NCBI RefSeq assembly: GCF_009914755.1
Contig: NC_060925.1
Direction: 5' to 3' (one strand)
DNA length: 64,000 bases
DNA from: the human T2T-CHM13v2.0 reference genome, Homo sapiens
Shown here: in pieces, positions 1-15,679 of the stretch
Numbering within the stretch: position 1 is the first letter of the stretch
How the letters are laid out: every line of letters begins with the position of its first letter
Position numbers and translations under genes: made by a program
Notes under the pieces: generated by a model
The model's database searches: none
What the model saw: only the letters and a program-made list of their open reading frames with translations
What the model was told of the DNA's origin: nothing

Positions 1-1441
1 GAACCTTGCAATCACTTCATATTTCTGCCTGGAGGCAGTTTCCAGGCTATGGTGCAGGGAGAGAGAACCCAAACAGACTTGTGGTCTTACCCAAATGAGA
101 AAACAAACACCATAAAAGCTAGAATATTCAAGACAGAGTCCAAGAAAGAAGGGAGATGTATAGGAAGAGCTTCAGAAATCTGCATAAAGTCTCCTTGAGT
201 TTTTAAATGAATACTAATCTGCATACACCTATGTGGAAACTCCATGAAGTCAGGCAAAAAGCTACCTTTAGAAAAAGAAAAATTACTAGAGAACTACAAA
301 ACAAATAATTCCCAGAGCTCACACAAAGCAGGAAATCATTCAAATTCCCACCAGCCAGAGTGGAGAGATCTCATTGACTGTATGGGACATTCATAAGAAA
401 ATTCAGAAGGGTTACAATTTATTTATAGGGCTAATGTTGGCCTAGAATAAACCTTATTCTAGACTTACCTTAAAATTCTGGAAACAAGCTTTGAAAGGAT
501 CAAACTAATTCTCAAGTAATTCAGCTGTTCTTAAAGAAATACAGCAATATCCAACCCTCAAATGTATAAGATTCACAATGTTTGGCATGCAGTCAAATAT
601 TCTTATGTGTAACAAATAACAGGAAAATTTGACTCATAACCAGGAAAGAAATCATTTTATAGAAACATAGTCAAAAATGGCAGAGATAATGGAAGTAAGT
701 AGGTGAGGATGGTAATCAGTATGCTCAAATGGTTAAAGGAAATGTGAATAAATATGGAGAAGAATATTTTTGCAAAGACCCAAATGAAACATCTAGGGAT
801 GGAATATAAAATATCTGAAGTGAAAATTTTGCTAAATAGTGTTAACAACATAATAGACATTTCAGGGAAAAAAATGCTAGTGAACTTGACAAAATAGCAA
901 TTTAAACCATTCAGAATGAGGCTGACAAAGAAAATATCTAGGAAAAAGCCAATCAAACAAACAAAAGCAACACCTCAATAGCCTATATGGTAGTATCAAG
1001 TGCTCTTGCATATGTTTGAAAGTCCCTGCAAGAAAAGAAAGAGAATGTGGAAAACAAAATAGAAAAGAAATAATGGCTTTTTTTTTCAAACTTAATGACA
1101 AAATAAACCTAAAGATCCAAGAAACATACAGAATTCTAATAAAGATGAAGACAACCAAACACATATTAAGGTACACGTAATAAAATTTCTGAAAAGAATT
1201 CATAGGAAGAAACTCTTAATAATGGCCAATAAAAATATACATTATGTACACAGGGAAAAACAAGATAAGAATGACAACAGACTTCTTATCAGAATCTTAG
1301 CAATCCAGAAGACAATGGAATGCCATCTTTAAAGTGCTTAAAAATGACCTGTAAATGCGTTATTCAATATAAATTTAAATATTTCACAAATGAAGATGAA
1401 ACAAGATTGTTTATTTTCTGGGAAAATAAAAGCAAGCAGAG
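1..1441 (+). mobile_element. Ancient L1 (L1M/L1ME-type), 5'UTR/ORF1 remnant, left part
   Basis: A-rich degenerate ORF1-like sequence (gaaatatctgaagtgaaaa..., ataaacctaaagatccaagaa..., aatgacaacagacttcttatcagaa). It resumes at 3888 after the MST insertion. Confidence 0.7.
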
Positions 1442-3887
1442 TGATATTGTTTGTACCTGTGTCCTTGCCAAAATTTCACGTTAAAATATAATCCCCAATG
1501 GTGGAGGGGGGTCCTGGTGGGAGGTGATTGGATTATGGTGACAGATTTTCATGGTTTAGCACCATTTCCTCTTGGTACTGCATAGTGATAGATTTCTCAG
1601 AAGATCTGGCTTAAAAGTGTGTAGCACCTCCCTGCTCTCTTCTTGCTGCTCCTGGCCATGTGAAGTGTTAGCTCCCCCTTTGCCTTCAGCCATGATTGTA
1701 AATTTCCTGAGGGCTCCCAAGAAGCTGAGCAGGTACACTATGCTTTTTGTACAGCCTCCAGAACTGTGAGCCAATTAAACCTCTTTCCTTTATAAATTGC
1801 CCCATCTCAAGTATTTCTTTATAGCAGTGCAAAACAGACTAATAAAGAAAACTGGTACTGAGAAGTGGGACATTGCTATAAAGATACCTGAAAATGTAGA
1901 AGCAGCATTGGAAGTGAGTAATGGGCAGAGGAACAGTTTAGAGGGCTCAGAAGAAGACAAGAAGATGAGGGAAATTTTGGAACTTCCTAGAGACTTGTTA
2001 AATTATTGTGACCAAAATGCTGATAGTGATATGGACAGTGGAGGCCAGGCTGAGGAGGTCTCAGATGGAAATGAGACTTTCTGGGAACTTTACAGTCTCT
2101 GGGAGACTTTCTGGGAAACTTTCTGGGAACTGAAGCAGTCACTTTTGTTATACTTTAGCAAAGAGCTTGGGTGCATTGTACCTCTGACCTAGGGATCTGT
2201 GGAACTTTGAACTTTAGAGTGATGACTTAGGGTATCTGGCAGAAGAATTTCTAAGCAGCAAAGTGTTCAAGATGTGGCCAGGCTGCATCTAACAATCTAA
2301 GTTCATGTACACGAGCAAAGAAATGTCCTGAAACTGGAACTTATATTTTAAAGGGAAGCAGAGCATAAAAGTTTGAAAAATTTGCAGGCTGCCTACCTGG
2401 TAGAAAACAAAAGCCCATTTTCAGGGGAGGAACTCAAGCTGGCTGCAGAAATTTGCCTAACAAAAAGGAAGGCAAGTACAATTAGCCAAGACAACAATGG
2501 GAGACCTCCAACGCATTTCAGAGACCTTCACAGCAGCCCCTCCCATCACAGGCCCAGAGGCCTAGGAAGACTGAATGGTTTCATGGGCCAGGCCCAGGGG
2601 CCTCCTGCACAGTCTTAGGACACTGCTTTCCCATCCCAGCTGCTCTAGCTCCAGTTGTGGCTCAAAGGAGCTCAGGTTCAGCTCAGGCCAATGCTTCAGT
2701 GGGAACAAACCATAAGGCTTGGCAGTTTCCATGTGGTGTTAAGCCAGTGGATGCACAGAGTGCAATAGTTGAGATTTTAAAGGTAGTATGGAAAAGCCTG
2801 GATGTCCAAGAAGAAGCCTGCTTCAGGAGTGAATTCCTAATGGAGAATCTTTACCAGGGCAGTGTGGAAAGGAAATGTGGGGTTGGAGCCCTTACACAGA
2901 GTCCCCACTGGACCACTGCCTAGTGGAGGTGTGAGAAGCCACCATCCTCCAGAACCCAGAACTGTAGATCCACTGACAGCTTGCACCATGCACCTGGAAA
3001 AATGGCAGGCACTCAAAGCCAGCCCATGAAAGCAGCAGTGGGGACTGTATCTGGCAAAACCTCAGGGGCAGAACTGCCCAAGGCTTTGGGAGCCCATCCC
3101 TTGCACCAGTGTGCACTAGATGTAAGTCATGGAGTCAAAAGAGATTATTGTGTCACTTTAAGATTTAATGATTGCCCTGCTGGGCTTCAGACTTGTGTGA
3201 CACCTCTAGCCTCGTTCTTTTGGCTTATTTCTCCCTTTTGAAATGAGAGTTTTTACCCTATGCCTATACCACCATTGAATCTGGGAAATAACTAACTTGT
3301 TTTTTATTTCACAGGCTCCTAGGCAGAAGGGACTTGTCTTATCTCAGATGAGACTTTGGACTGTGGACTTTTGAGTTAATGTTGGAATGGGTTAAGACTA
3401 TGGAGGACTATTGGGAAGGCATGATTGGATTTTGCAATGTGAGAAAGACAGGAGATTTAGGAGGGGACAGGGCAAAATAATATGGTTTGGCTCTGTGTCC
3501 CCACCCAAATCTCATGTTGAAATATAATTCTCAATGCTGGAGGTTAGGCTTGGTGGGAGGTGATTTGATCATGGGGGCAGTTTCTCATGGTTTATCATCA
3601 TCCCTCCTTGGTACTGCATAGTGACAGATTTCTCACAAGATTTGGTTGTTTAAAGGTGTGTAGCCCCTTTCTCCCACTTCTTCCTGCTTCTGGCATGTGA
3701 AGTGCCATCTCCCCCTTCATCTTCCACCATGACTTTAAGTTTCCTGAGGCCTCCCAAGAAGCTGAGCAGATGCCTCATGCTTTTTGTACAGCCTCCAGAA
3801 CCATGAGCCAATTAAGCCCCTTATCTTTATAAATTACCCAATCTCTGGTATTTCTTCATAGCAATGTAAGAACGAACTAATAATACA
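1442..3887 (+). mobile_element. Full-length MST (MSTA/MSTB-type) ERVL-MaLR provirus: 5'LTR 1442-1846, internal 1847-3477, 3'LTR 3478-3887
   Basis: Two cognate ~405-bp LTRs (TGATAT...CTAATA[C]A) share private motifs. The internal region starts gaaaactggtactgagaagtgggacattgctataaagatacctgaaaatgtag. A polypurine tract precedes the 3'LTR. The 5-bp TSD is degenerate (cagag/aagaa). Confidence 0.92.
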
Positions 3888-5190
3888 AAGAAAGGATTTA
3901 TTGCCAGCAGGTCTTCACTTCAAAAAATGTCATATGAGGTTCCTCAGACAGAAATAAATTATTAGCAGATGAAAACTTGGAGCAACACAGCAGAATGAAG
4001 AATATCAGAACATAGAAGACTTTATTTCCTCATTTTAAAAATATCTTCAAAAGATAATTGATTACTTAAAGCAGAAAACAATATTGTTATAAGATTTGTA
4101 ACATGTCAAAAATAATATATGACAACAGCATAATGGATATAATGGGAAAACAATAGCAAACTGTTGTAAGACTTTTATATCCCATGTAATGAGGTGTAAC
4201 ACAATATGAAGGTTAACTGTGACAGGTTAAACATGCACCTTTTAAATCCTAGCACAATTGCTGAAAGTATAAATCAAAGAGCAGGAGCTGATAAATCAAT
4301 AGTGGAGGTAAAAGAAATTTATAAAAGTGCTCAAACCAAAACAAGAAAAGGAAATGAGGAAAACAGAGAAAAATATAGCTAGAACAAATAGAAAATAAGT
4401 ATAAAGACTTCAGACTTAATACCAGCTGCACCAATCATATATCCACTAAAGGAAAAAGAAAACAATTTAATTAAAAGGAATAGACTGTCAAACTGGATAA
4501 AAAGAAAGCAAAATCCAACTATATTCTGTCTACAACAAACAACTTTAAAAATAAGTATAGTTTTATATATATGTGTAGACAGACATTGATGCAAAAAGCT
4601 ATACTATGAAAATACTCATAATGAGAAAGCTAAAGTAGCTATATTAATATTAGACAAAGTAGCCTTCAGAAAGAGAAATAAAATTAGGAATAAAGAGAGA
4701 CATTTCATAATCATAAAGAAAATATAACAATCATATATATTATATATACATTATATTATATATATAAATATAAAATATATATGCACCTCCCAATAAAGAG
4801 CTTCAAATGCCTAAAAGAAAACCTAACAAAATTGAAAGAAGAAATAAATAAATCCACAATTGTAGTTGGACATTTCAACATTCCTCTCCCAGATGTTGAT
4901 TTTTAAAAAATAGAAAATCAATAGTAATAATGATTTAAAACATTATCACCATCTTACCTAACTAACATTCATAGAACACTGCCCCAACAACTGTAAAATA
5001 CAGGGTTTTATTAAGTGCATGTGGAATATTCCCCAAGATAGGGCATATGCTGGAACATAAAACAAGCCTTAAATTTTAAAGGAATAAACTAATACAGAGT
5101 AGGTTCTCTTATCACAATGAAATTAATTTAGAAATTAATAACAGAAAGCTACATCTAAAATCCCCAAATATTTAGAAATTAAATGCCACA
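3888..5190 (+). mobile_element. Ancient L1M continuation: ORF1 end and ORF2 endonuclease remnant
   Basis: aaaaggaatagactgtcaaactggataaaaagaaagcaaaatccaactatattctgtctacaa matches the EN-domain KRxRLSNWIK..NPTI.CLQ motif. gttggacatttcaacattcctctc matches GDFN.PL. Confidence 0.8.
4733..4782. repeat. TA-rich low-complexity tract
   Basis: atatatattatatatacattatattatatatataaatataaaatatatat. Confidence 0.8.
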
Positions 5191-6370
5191 GTTGAATATT
5201 GTATTAGAAATCCTAGCTTATGAAACAAATAACAAATAATACATGCAGTAGAATAGAAGAAACCAAATTGTCATTATTTGTAAATGACTCCATACATAGG
5301 TCATTTGAGATAAATTAAACTAGGAATTTCATTTAAACTAGATAAACAGGAATTTCATGAAGATTCCTGCAAATAAGATCAAAATTCAAAAGCATTCCTA
5401 TACATAGTCATGACTAATAATAAAAATTACTGGAAATAAAATATTTTATTCCAGTAGTAATAAAAATTATGAAGTATGTAGAGATAACTGCAACAAAACC
5501 TATACACAGAAAAACATAGTAGACTGGAATAAACAAAGAGATGTGCTAAGTTCATGAGTGAGATGGCCCAATATCCTAAAAATGTTAATTTAAAATGTTT
5601 CTAAAAAGAAGGAGATGAAAGAAGGGAAAGGGGAAGGGGAAAAAGAAGAAGAGGAAAGAGAAGGAGGAGGAAGAGGAAGAGGAGAAAGGAGGAAGAGGAA
5701 GAGGAGAGAGGAGGAGAAGGACAAAGAAGAGGAAAAGGAGAAAGAAGAAGAAATCAATACTTTCAAATCAATTTCCTGATAAGGAATCTTATGGAATTTG
5801 ACAATTTATGCATAAAAGAAAAGGAACAAGAACAGCTAATACAATTTTGAGTAATAACAACTTCTGGGTAATTGCTCACCATAGCAAAACTTATACTTCT
5901 ATCATAATTAAAACATCATAATACTGATGCAGTGCTAAATAAATAAACAAATTTAAAAAGATTAAAAGCCCAGAAACAGAGCAGTGTACATACAAAATTA
6001 ATATATATCTCTGGTGACATTATAAGTAAGAAAAGCACAGTCTATTAAATAAGTGATATAGGAAACATTGGTCAGATAGGCACAAAATAAAAATTGGATC
6101 TCTACATCACATTATAAACAAAAAATTTAAGCAGAAATAAATTATTTCCTAATTTGTATTAAAACTGGCAAAATAGTATATATTTAAGAGAAGATAAGAT
6201 TGGGTAGAATGTCTTTAAAATGATATAAAATCATACAAACCATAAAAAACATGTTACTAAATAGTGTCGGTTTTTAAGATGCTTACATTATAATACAAAT
6301 TCTCAAGTAAAGTAAAATAAGACAGTAATAGACAAAGATGAAACAATTGAAAAACAAAATAAAGTAGTAT
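5191..6370 (+). mobile_element. Ancient L1ME-type ORF2 (RT region) remnant
   Basis: gttgaatattgtattagaaatcctagc matches the NIVLEVLA motif and ttgtcattatttgtaaatgac matches an LSLFADD-like motif. The element resumes at ~7510 and ~9710. Confidence 0.65.
5606..5753. repeat. GA-rich polypurine low-complexity tract
   Basis: About 150 nt of imperfect (GAA/GGA)n, almost entirely purine. Confidence 0.9.
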
Positions 6371-7505
6371 CGGATTATAATCTAAAGTATAAAATAAATA
6401 TTCATGACTCCATATTGATATAATTCAATGATTGAATAAATAAATGACAGAAAATAGACAAATCTCCCATGCAAAATAATTCCAAAAGAGATGGAACATA
6501 ATTTAAGTTTGGAATGTCTACGGTGACTTCTTTCCAAAGAGTTCAGTATGAAAAGGGAGGAAAAATGATTTGCTTTAGAGTGGAGAAATCCGACAAACTC
6601 AGCCAGGTGAAGGATGTTAATATTAACAGTTACAAGACATGTTGATAATAGGTATCATTCATATGATGTGATAAGAATGGTACTTTTCATCTGTGGCTTT
6701 CCTTCCCCAAACCCATAAACCCATTTCACCATGAGACAAATATCATGTGAATTTCAGTAAAAGAGTTTCCTACAAAATATTTGACTAGACTCCTCAAAAT
6801 TGTTAAGGGCATCAGAAACAAAAACAAAAGAAAAGTCTGAGAAACTCACAGCTAAGAGGAGCCTAAGGAGACATCATGGCTAAATGTAGTGTGAGTGTGA
6901 TCTATTGGATGGAATCCTGGTACAGAAAAAGAACATTAGGTAAGAAAATTTGAATGAAATATGGACTTTACTTAATAATAATGTATAATATTTGTTCAAT
7001 AATTGTGGCAAGTGTACCATACTAATGTAAGATAATAATAAGGAAAACTAAGTGTGAGTATGTAGGAATTTTCTGTACTATTGTCTTAGTCTATTCAGGC
7101 TGCTATCACAAAAATCATAGCTTTCATAGTTTATAAACAGCAGAAATGTATTCCTTACAGTTCTGGAAGCTGGAAATGTCAAGATCTGGGCACTGGCAGA
7201 TTTGGTGTTTGGCAAGGGCCTGTTTCCTGGTTCATGGATGGCACATTTTTGCTATGTCCTCATGTAGTGGAAAAGGGACATGGCAGCTCTCTGGAGCCTC
7301 TTTTATAAAAACACTAGTTTTATTTATGAAGGCTCTGCCCTCATGACCTAATAAATTCCAAAAGGCCCCAACTCCTAATACCATCACATTGGTGATTAGG
7401 TTTCAACATATAAATATGAACACAAACATTCAGACCATAGCAACTATGTTTGTAATTTTTTTTTGTAACTCTAAAATTGTTCTAGCATTAAAGTTTTTCT
7501 TAAAA
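6371..7505 (+). mobile_element. L1MC (L1MC1-3-like) 3' end, interrupted by MLT1A
   Basis: gtggagaaatccgacaaactcagccaggtga...gaggagcctaaggagacatcatggctaaatgtag...ggaattttctgtacta|...tgtttgtaattttttt..ctctaaaattgttcta matches the L1MC 3'UTR. Confidence 0.8.
7082..7442 (-). mobile_element. MLT1A-type (or MSTD) solo MaLR LTR
   Basis: tgtcttagtctattcaggctgctat...aacattcagaccatagca, with a perfect 5-bp TSD ACTAT (7077-7081 / 7443-7447). Confidence 0.9.
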
Positions 7506-7950
7506 AGAGAAGGTAGCCATAGTGTGGAAGAAATTTTTTGCAATAGGTGTAACAGGTAAAGATTAGCATCTAGGATATGTAAAACAGTATAACAAATCAA
7601 TAACTAAAAATCATATCATCTGAAAGAAAAATTGGCAAAGCATATGAACAATCAATTAACAGAATAGGTACCCCTAATAGCAATAAAAATATGAAAAGTG
7701 TCTTAATCTCACAATTCATAAAGGCAATACAAATTTATATTACAGTGTGATGAAACTACACATACATCATATGATTTAAAAATTTTTAAGTGTGACCATG
7801 TAGAAGGAGAGGTAGAACAATTACAATTCTCATGCTCTAATTATAGAATGAAAGGTCAAACATTCTAGAAAGTTGATTATATTTAATAGAGTTGAGGACA
7901 AAACACACTTTCAACTCAATAATTCAACCTCAGTGTATGTATATGATAGA
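7506..7950 (+). mobile_element. Ancient L1ME ORF2 C-terminal remnant
   Basis: gaaaaattggcaaagcatatgaacaatcaattaacagaa matches a KWAKDMNR.F-like motif. Confidence 0.65.
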
Positions 7951-8040
7951 GCAGTTTCTGTCCTACTGGTGATTTCATACAACTGAGGAATGTGCATCAA
8001 CATTCTAGGGGATACACAGGTATGGTTCTATGGAACCATC

Positions 8041-8410
8041 TGATATAGTTTGGATTTGGGTCTCTGCCCAAATCTTGTGTTGAATAGGAGGAGGGGCTTA
8101 GTGGGGGGTGACTGGACCGTAGGTGCAGATTTCCCCCCTCGCTGTTCTCATGATAGTGAGTTCTCAAGAGATCTGATCTTTTAAAAGTGTGTGGCACTTC
8201 TTCCTACTCTTTCTCTGTCTCTCCTGCTCCAACATGGTAAGACATGCTTGTTTCTCCTTTGCCTTCTGCTGTAAGTTTCCTGAGGCCTCCCAGTCGTGCT
8301 TCCTGTTAAGCCTGCAGAACTGTGAGTCAATTAAACCTCTTTTCTTCAATAAATTACCCAGTCTCTGTCTCAGGTAGTTCTTCATAGCAGTGGGAGAACA
8401 GGCTAATACA
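8041..8410 (+). mobile_element. MSTA-type solo MaLR LTR
   Basis: TGATATAGTTTGG...GGCTAATACA, with TSD ccatc/ctatc (4/5). Confidence 0.88.
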
Positions 8411-8482
8411 CTATCCTTTAGATATTCAACTTTATTTTAGAATTTTAGAAATGAGTCTTTAGAAAACAGGTTTGCCTATTTT

Positions 8483-8816
<334 letters not shown>

Positions 8817-8923
8817 TAAAAGAAAGGGAAACAGTTTCCCCCAATGAACCTTAATATGATGGCTTGGCCTAGGTCTAAAAAAATCTCTGCATGCCAAAGA
8901 GACATTTCAAGAATACATAGCTC

Positions 8924-9226
8924 GGCCGGGCGCAGTGGATCACGCCTATAATCCCAGCACTTTGGGAGGCCGAGGCGGGCAGATCACGAGGTCAGGAGAT
9001 CGAGACCATCTTGGCTAACATGGTGAAACCCCGTCTCTACTAAACTACAATACGAAATTAGCCAGGCGTGGTGGCAGGTGCCTGTAGTCCCAGCTACTTG
9101 GGAGGCTGAGGCAGGAGAATGGCGTGAACCCGGAAGGCAGAGCTTGCAGTGAGCCAAGATCGCGCCCACTGCACTCCAGCCTGGGCGACAGAGCTATACT
9201 CCATCTCAAAAAAAAAAAAAAAAAAA
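8924..9226 (+). mobile_element. AluY
   Basis: Y diagnostics (gagatcgagaccatc, aatggcgtgaaccc, gagcttgcagtg), poly(A) tail, and perfect 15-bp TSD aagaatacatagctc. Confidence 0.95.
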
Positions 9227-9874
9227 AAGAATACATAGCTCATGAACAAGAGTCCCAGGACTGCAAGCATTAAGCTTGGTTATGAAATATTGAAGGGCGG
9301 TGGTTACTTTCATCCAAGTGACTAGAAGAAAGGACCCTGTCTTTATCTTTTTAATTTATCCTTCTTTCTATCTTAGAAATAGAATTTTAAAATGAGATGG
9401 TTGTCATGGAGATGAGTATGAAAGCATATTTATTTGAATTGAAACATAAAGTCATATATTTCTGACAGAAAATAAGTCTGATAGCTGTTTGTTTTGACAA
9501 TGAAGACTGGGTATCCATTTAAGTTAAATGATACATATTTTCTACAAATCAGATTCACCAAATCTGCTCCAAGGTTTTGACCAAAATATATTTAAAGCAT
9601 GAATACAAAATATAATATGCTGAAACATGTATCTTTTGCAATTCTTAAATTTGAATTAAAAAATAGATGTTAACTTAAAAATGTGTAGGGTGACATATAG
9701 TATTCAAATAAACTAAATGTCTACCAAAAGGAAACTGAATTAATGAATTCTGGTGTATTCAGAGAATGCAATAATACATATCGTCAGTTAAAATGAATAA
9801 ATAGATTTACATATATCTTCAAAAACCTCAAAAATAAAGCAAGCTGCAGAATACATTTTTTGAGTATCCTGCCA

Positions 9875-10400
9875 TCTAGTATTTATTGAGAAGCTATTAT
9901 ATACCAAGCATTATGTTAGGTGCTTGGGATACAGTAATCAACAAACAAAAACTTCTGCTCTTATGAGGCTCACATTTTCTCAGAGAAGAGAAACAAGCAA
10001 TCTACAAACAAAATATCAACAAATACACATGATTCTAGAGCTATTTGTCAAATAATGATAAAAATGGGAAAGAAGATAGGGAATGCTAGCATAGGCAGTG
10101 TGGGATGAGGCACCAGGGGAGTTATAGTCTTAAAAAGGCTGGTGAAAGTCTGTCTCACTGAGAAGGCGACAATTGAGGAAAGACCTGAAATACAGGAGCC
10201 AGTGATCCATGTGGTCATCTGGAGGAAGCGAGTAATGGGGAAAAGGAACAGGAAGTGGAAAGGCCAAATATGAATGGTCTGAGGAACATTAAGAAGGGTA
10301 TGTGGCTCATACAGAGTGAGCAAAGGAGGGAAGTAATCAAGGGTCTTGTAGAGGTAAGAGCTTCTAGATTGTGAATGAGATGAGAGTCATTGGAAGGTTA
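9875..10400 (-). mobile_element. L2 3' fragment
   Basis: tatttattgag..tattatataccaagcattatgttaggtgcttgggatacag...ctgctcttatgaggctcacatt is the reverse complement of the L2 3' end. Confidence 0.75.
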
Positions 10401-10714
10401 AAAAATTATCTAATTCCAGTTATTAAAAGATGACTTTTCTTTTTAAGTATCTTAAGTTTTTTTTAAAAAAGCTGTAGATGTAGGGGTCAAAAGAAGGAGT
10501 ACAATACTATGATTTGAATATGGCTAATGTGTAATGTACAAAACCTGTCATATGACATTTATTGATTTCCACTATCTAGAGAGACAGCCTTGAGTGGAGA
10601 GTGAGGAGATGGGAGTAACATGTCAACTATATCAACATTGAAGTGTATAATCATACCAGGCCAACTATGTGTGTGTGTGCCAGTGAGCTATGAAGACCGA
10701 CTTTAAAAAGAGTG

Positions 10715-13420
<2,706 letters not shown>

Positions 13421-13685
13421 ATACCATGTACTTGAGGAAACTAGAGAAAAAAGGTTAAAAATGAATTTTTTATTTTCAAACTCTAATAAATAGAAAATAA
13501 AAATTTTAAGCAAATTTTTAAAAACTTAACAGCAGAGCCCCACACATAAAATGTACCAGAAAGAAAGAATTCAGTAAGAAAAGTCAGAGCAGATCCAGTC
13601 CTGATTGTAAGTAGTGAGTAAAGCCCAGTACAGTAGGTTCAAAGAAACCTGTTCTATATTAACTCCCTGGCTGTGATATATCCCT

Positions 13686-14080
13686 TGTATTAGTCTGCTC
13701 CGGCTACCATTACAAAATATCACAGACTGGGTGGCTTAAACAACAGAAATTTATTTCTCACAGTTCTGTGGGCTGGAGGTCCAATATCAAATTGTCAACA
13801 GGTTTGTTTTCTTCAGAGGTTTCTCTCTTTGGCTTGCTGAAGGCTCCTCCTCCTGAGTCCTCACATGGTTTTTCCTGTGTGTGTGTACATCACAGGTGTC
13901 TGTGTGTCCAAATTTCCTTTGTTTTACAAGGGCACCAGTCAGATTGGGTCAGGGCCCACCATAATAGCTTAATCTCCTCTTCAAAGGCCCTATCTCCAAA
14001 TATCGTCACATTCTGAAGTAGTTAGGGGTTAGGGCTTTCATGTTTGAATTGTGGAAGGGGCCACAATTGAGCCCAATCAC
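13686..14080 (-). mobile_element. MLT1B/MLT1A-type solo LTR
   Basis: tgtattagtctgctc...cacagactgggtggcttaaacaacagaaatttatttctcacagttctg...cacaattgagccc. Confidence 0.85.
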
Positions 14081-15251
14081 CCCATTGAAGTTGGAAAAAT
14101 AGTTAATAATGGGACTAGAAAGAGCTACTGCAATCTACTCTATATTTTGGGGGCTCCAGGTACATCACACTATGGGACTTCCTTCTGAGCATTATACATA
14201 GAGATAAAGCACTCCCCTCCCCCTCTTTAAAACTGACTTTGGCACTATAGTGATTTGGTGAGAATTGAAAGCATCAAAGATCAGCAGAGACAGTAGTAAC
14301 ATGACCTTATTGAGGGGTTTTGATCACAGGAGTTTTGAGAGGAAAAAAAGGACAGTCGGAAAAAGTTCCACACAGAACATGAATCTTGAATTGTGCGACT
14401 GGGGAAAGTTGGATTGGGCCAGGACAGAACGGACAGTATTATAGGATACAGGTAAAAATAGGAGGAGGAGGAGAGGAGTGTGAGCAAAAATTAGTGTGTG
14501 TTTAATATCATGCTCTGGACAATTAAATTAAAACTATTTGTGGAGTTTAATGATTGTTCTTCAGTGACACCTTGGACAATATTTTTTACTATATTAAATA
14601 TTTGTTGAACAATGAATATTTGTTGAATAAATGAATTGAGCCATGAACATGTTAGTAATTAATTTTTGTTGCCAACAAATATCGGTAATAATTCTCAGGC
14701 TGTTGTTTATGTTCCTTGATTGGACATCATTCAAAAAGATCATTATTTTTCTGTCCCAATTGAAGAACTGTAAATAGGGTTTGACTAGCAATTTAGCATT
14801 TAGAAGACAGTTAATGAGAAAAGTTAACTACTACCAGAAATACAATGTACAGAACACAGAAGCTCTAACCAGATCAGTTCATATAAAACTAGAAATTGTC
14901 CCCTGGAGCTGCTTTATATTTTCCAGTGTCCCATTTCCTTATTCCATGTCCGTATCTCTTTCCTTCTATTTCTGCTCCTTTCCTATCTGTACTGCCAATT
15001 ACTTTCTTCTTCATTTTATATCTCTCATTGAGTGTCCTCATTGCTGTGGGGAGGGACATTTCTTCTTTCACTATTTCTTCCCCTTCCCTGGCTCTTTTCC
15101 TTTCTTTACTATTTTTCTACTTCATCATTTTTCAAAATCCACACCTTTTCCTATTTAAATCAGTCATTTGAAATCAGGTGTATTTAAAAACCACTGTGCT
15201 ATGTTTGTCAAATATAATTTTAAAACCAGTCCAAATATCACTTCATATGAC

Positions 15252-15614
15252 CGATATGGTTAGGCTTTGTGTCTTCACCCAAATCTCATCCTGAATTGTA
15301 ATTCCCATAATCCTTACGTGTCAAGGGAGATACCAGGTGGAGGTAATTGAATCATGGGGGTAGTTTCCCCCATGCTGTTCTCACGATAGTGAGTGAGTTC
15401 TCACGAGATCTGCTGGTTTCTAAGTTCTTCAGCCAGTCTCTCTACTCCCACCTTGTGAAGACGGTGCCTGTCTCCACTTCGACTTCCACCATGATTGTAA
15501 GTTTCCTGAGGCCTCCCCAGCCATATCAAACCGTGGGTCAATTAAACCTCTTTTTGTTATAAATTACCCAGTCTTGGAAGGTTCTTTATAACAGTGTGAT
15601 AATGGACTAATGCA
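15252..15614 (+). mobile_element. THE1D solo LTR
   Basis: (T)GATATGGTTAGGCTTTGTGTC start, THE1D-type gtgtcaagggagataccaggtggaggtaattgaatcatgg, and perfect TSD ATGAC. Confidence 0.92.
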
Positions 15615-15679
15615 ATGACTCTAAGGGAAAGTACAAATCAGTTGTATTCCAATGGCAGAGGAAGGGCCTCCTCAATGTC

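Noticed and set aside
1797-2192. 131-aa ORF and neighbouring ORFs up to 3241
   Set aside because: They are remnants of the MST internal region, start at non-ATG codons, and are broken by stops. Not a host gene.
8984-9236. Alu-derived ORFs (also at 11999, 24498, 32003, 42633, 53497, 53618)
   Set aside because: Typical antisense-Alu translations ([15 protein letters not shown]) with no exon evidence.
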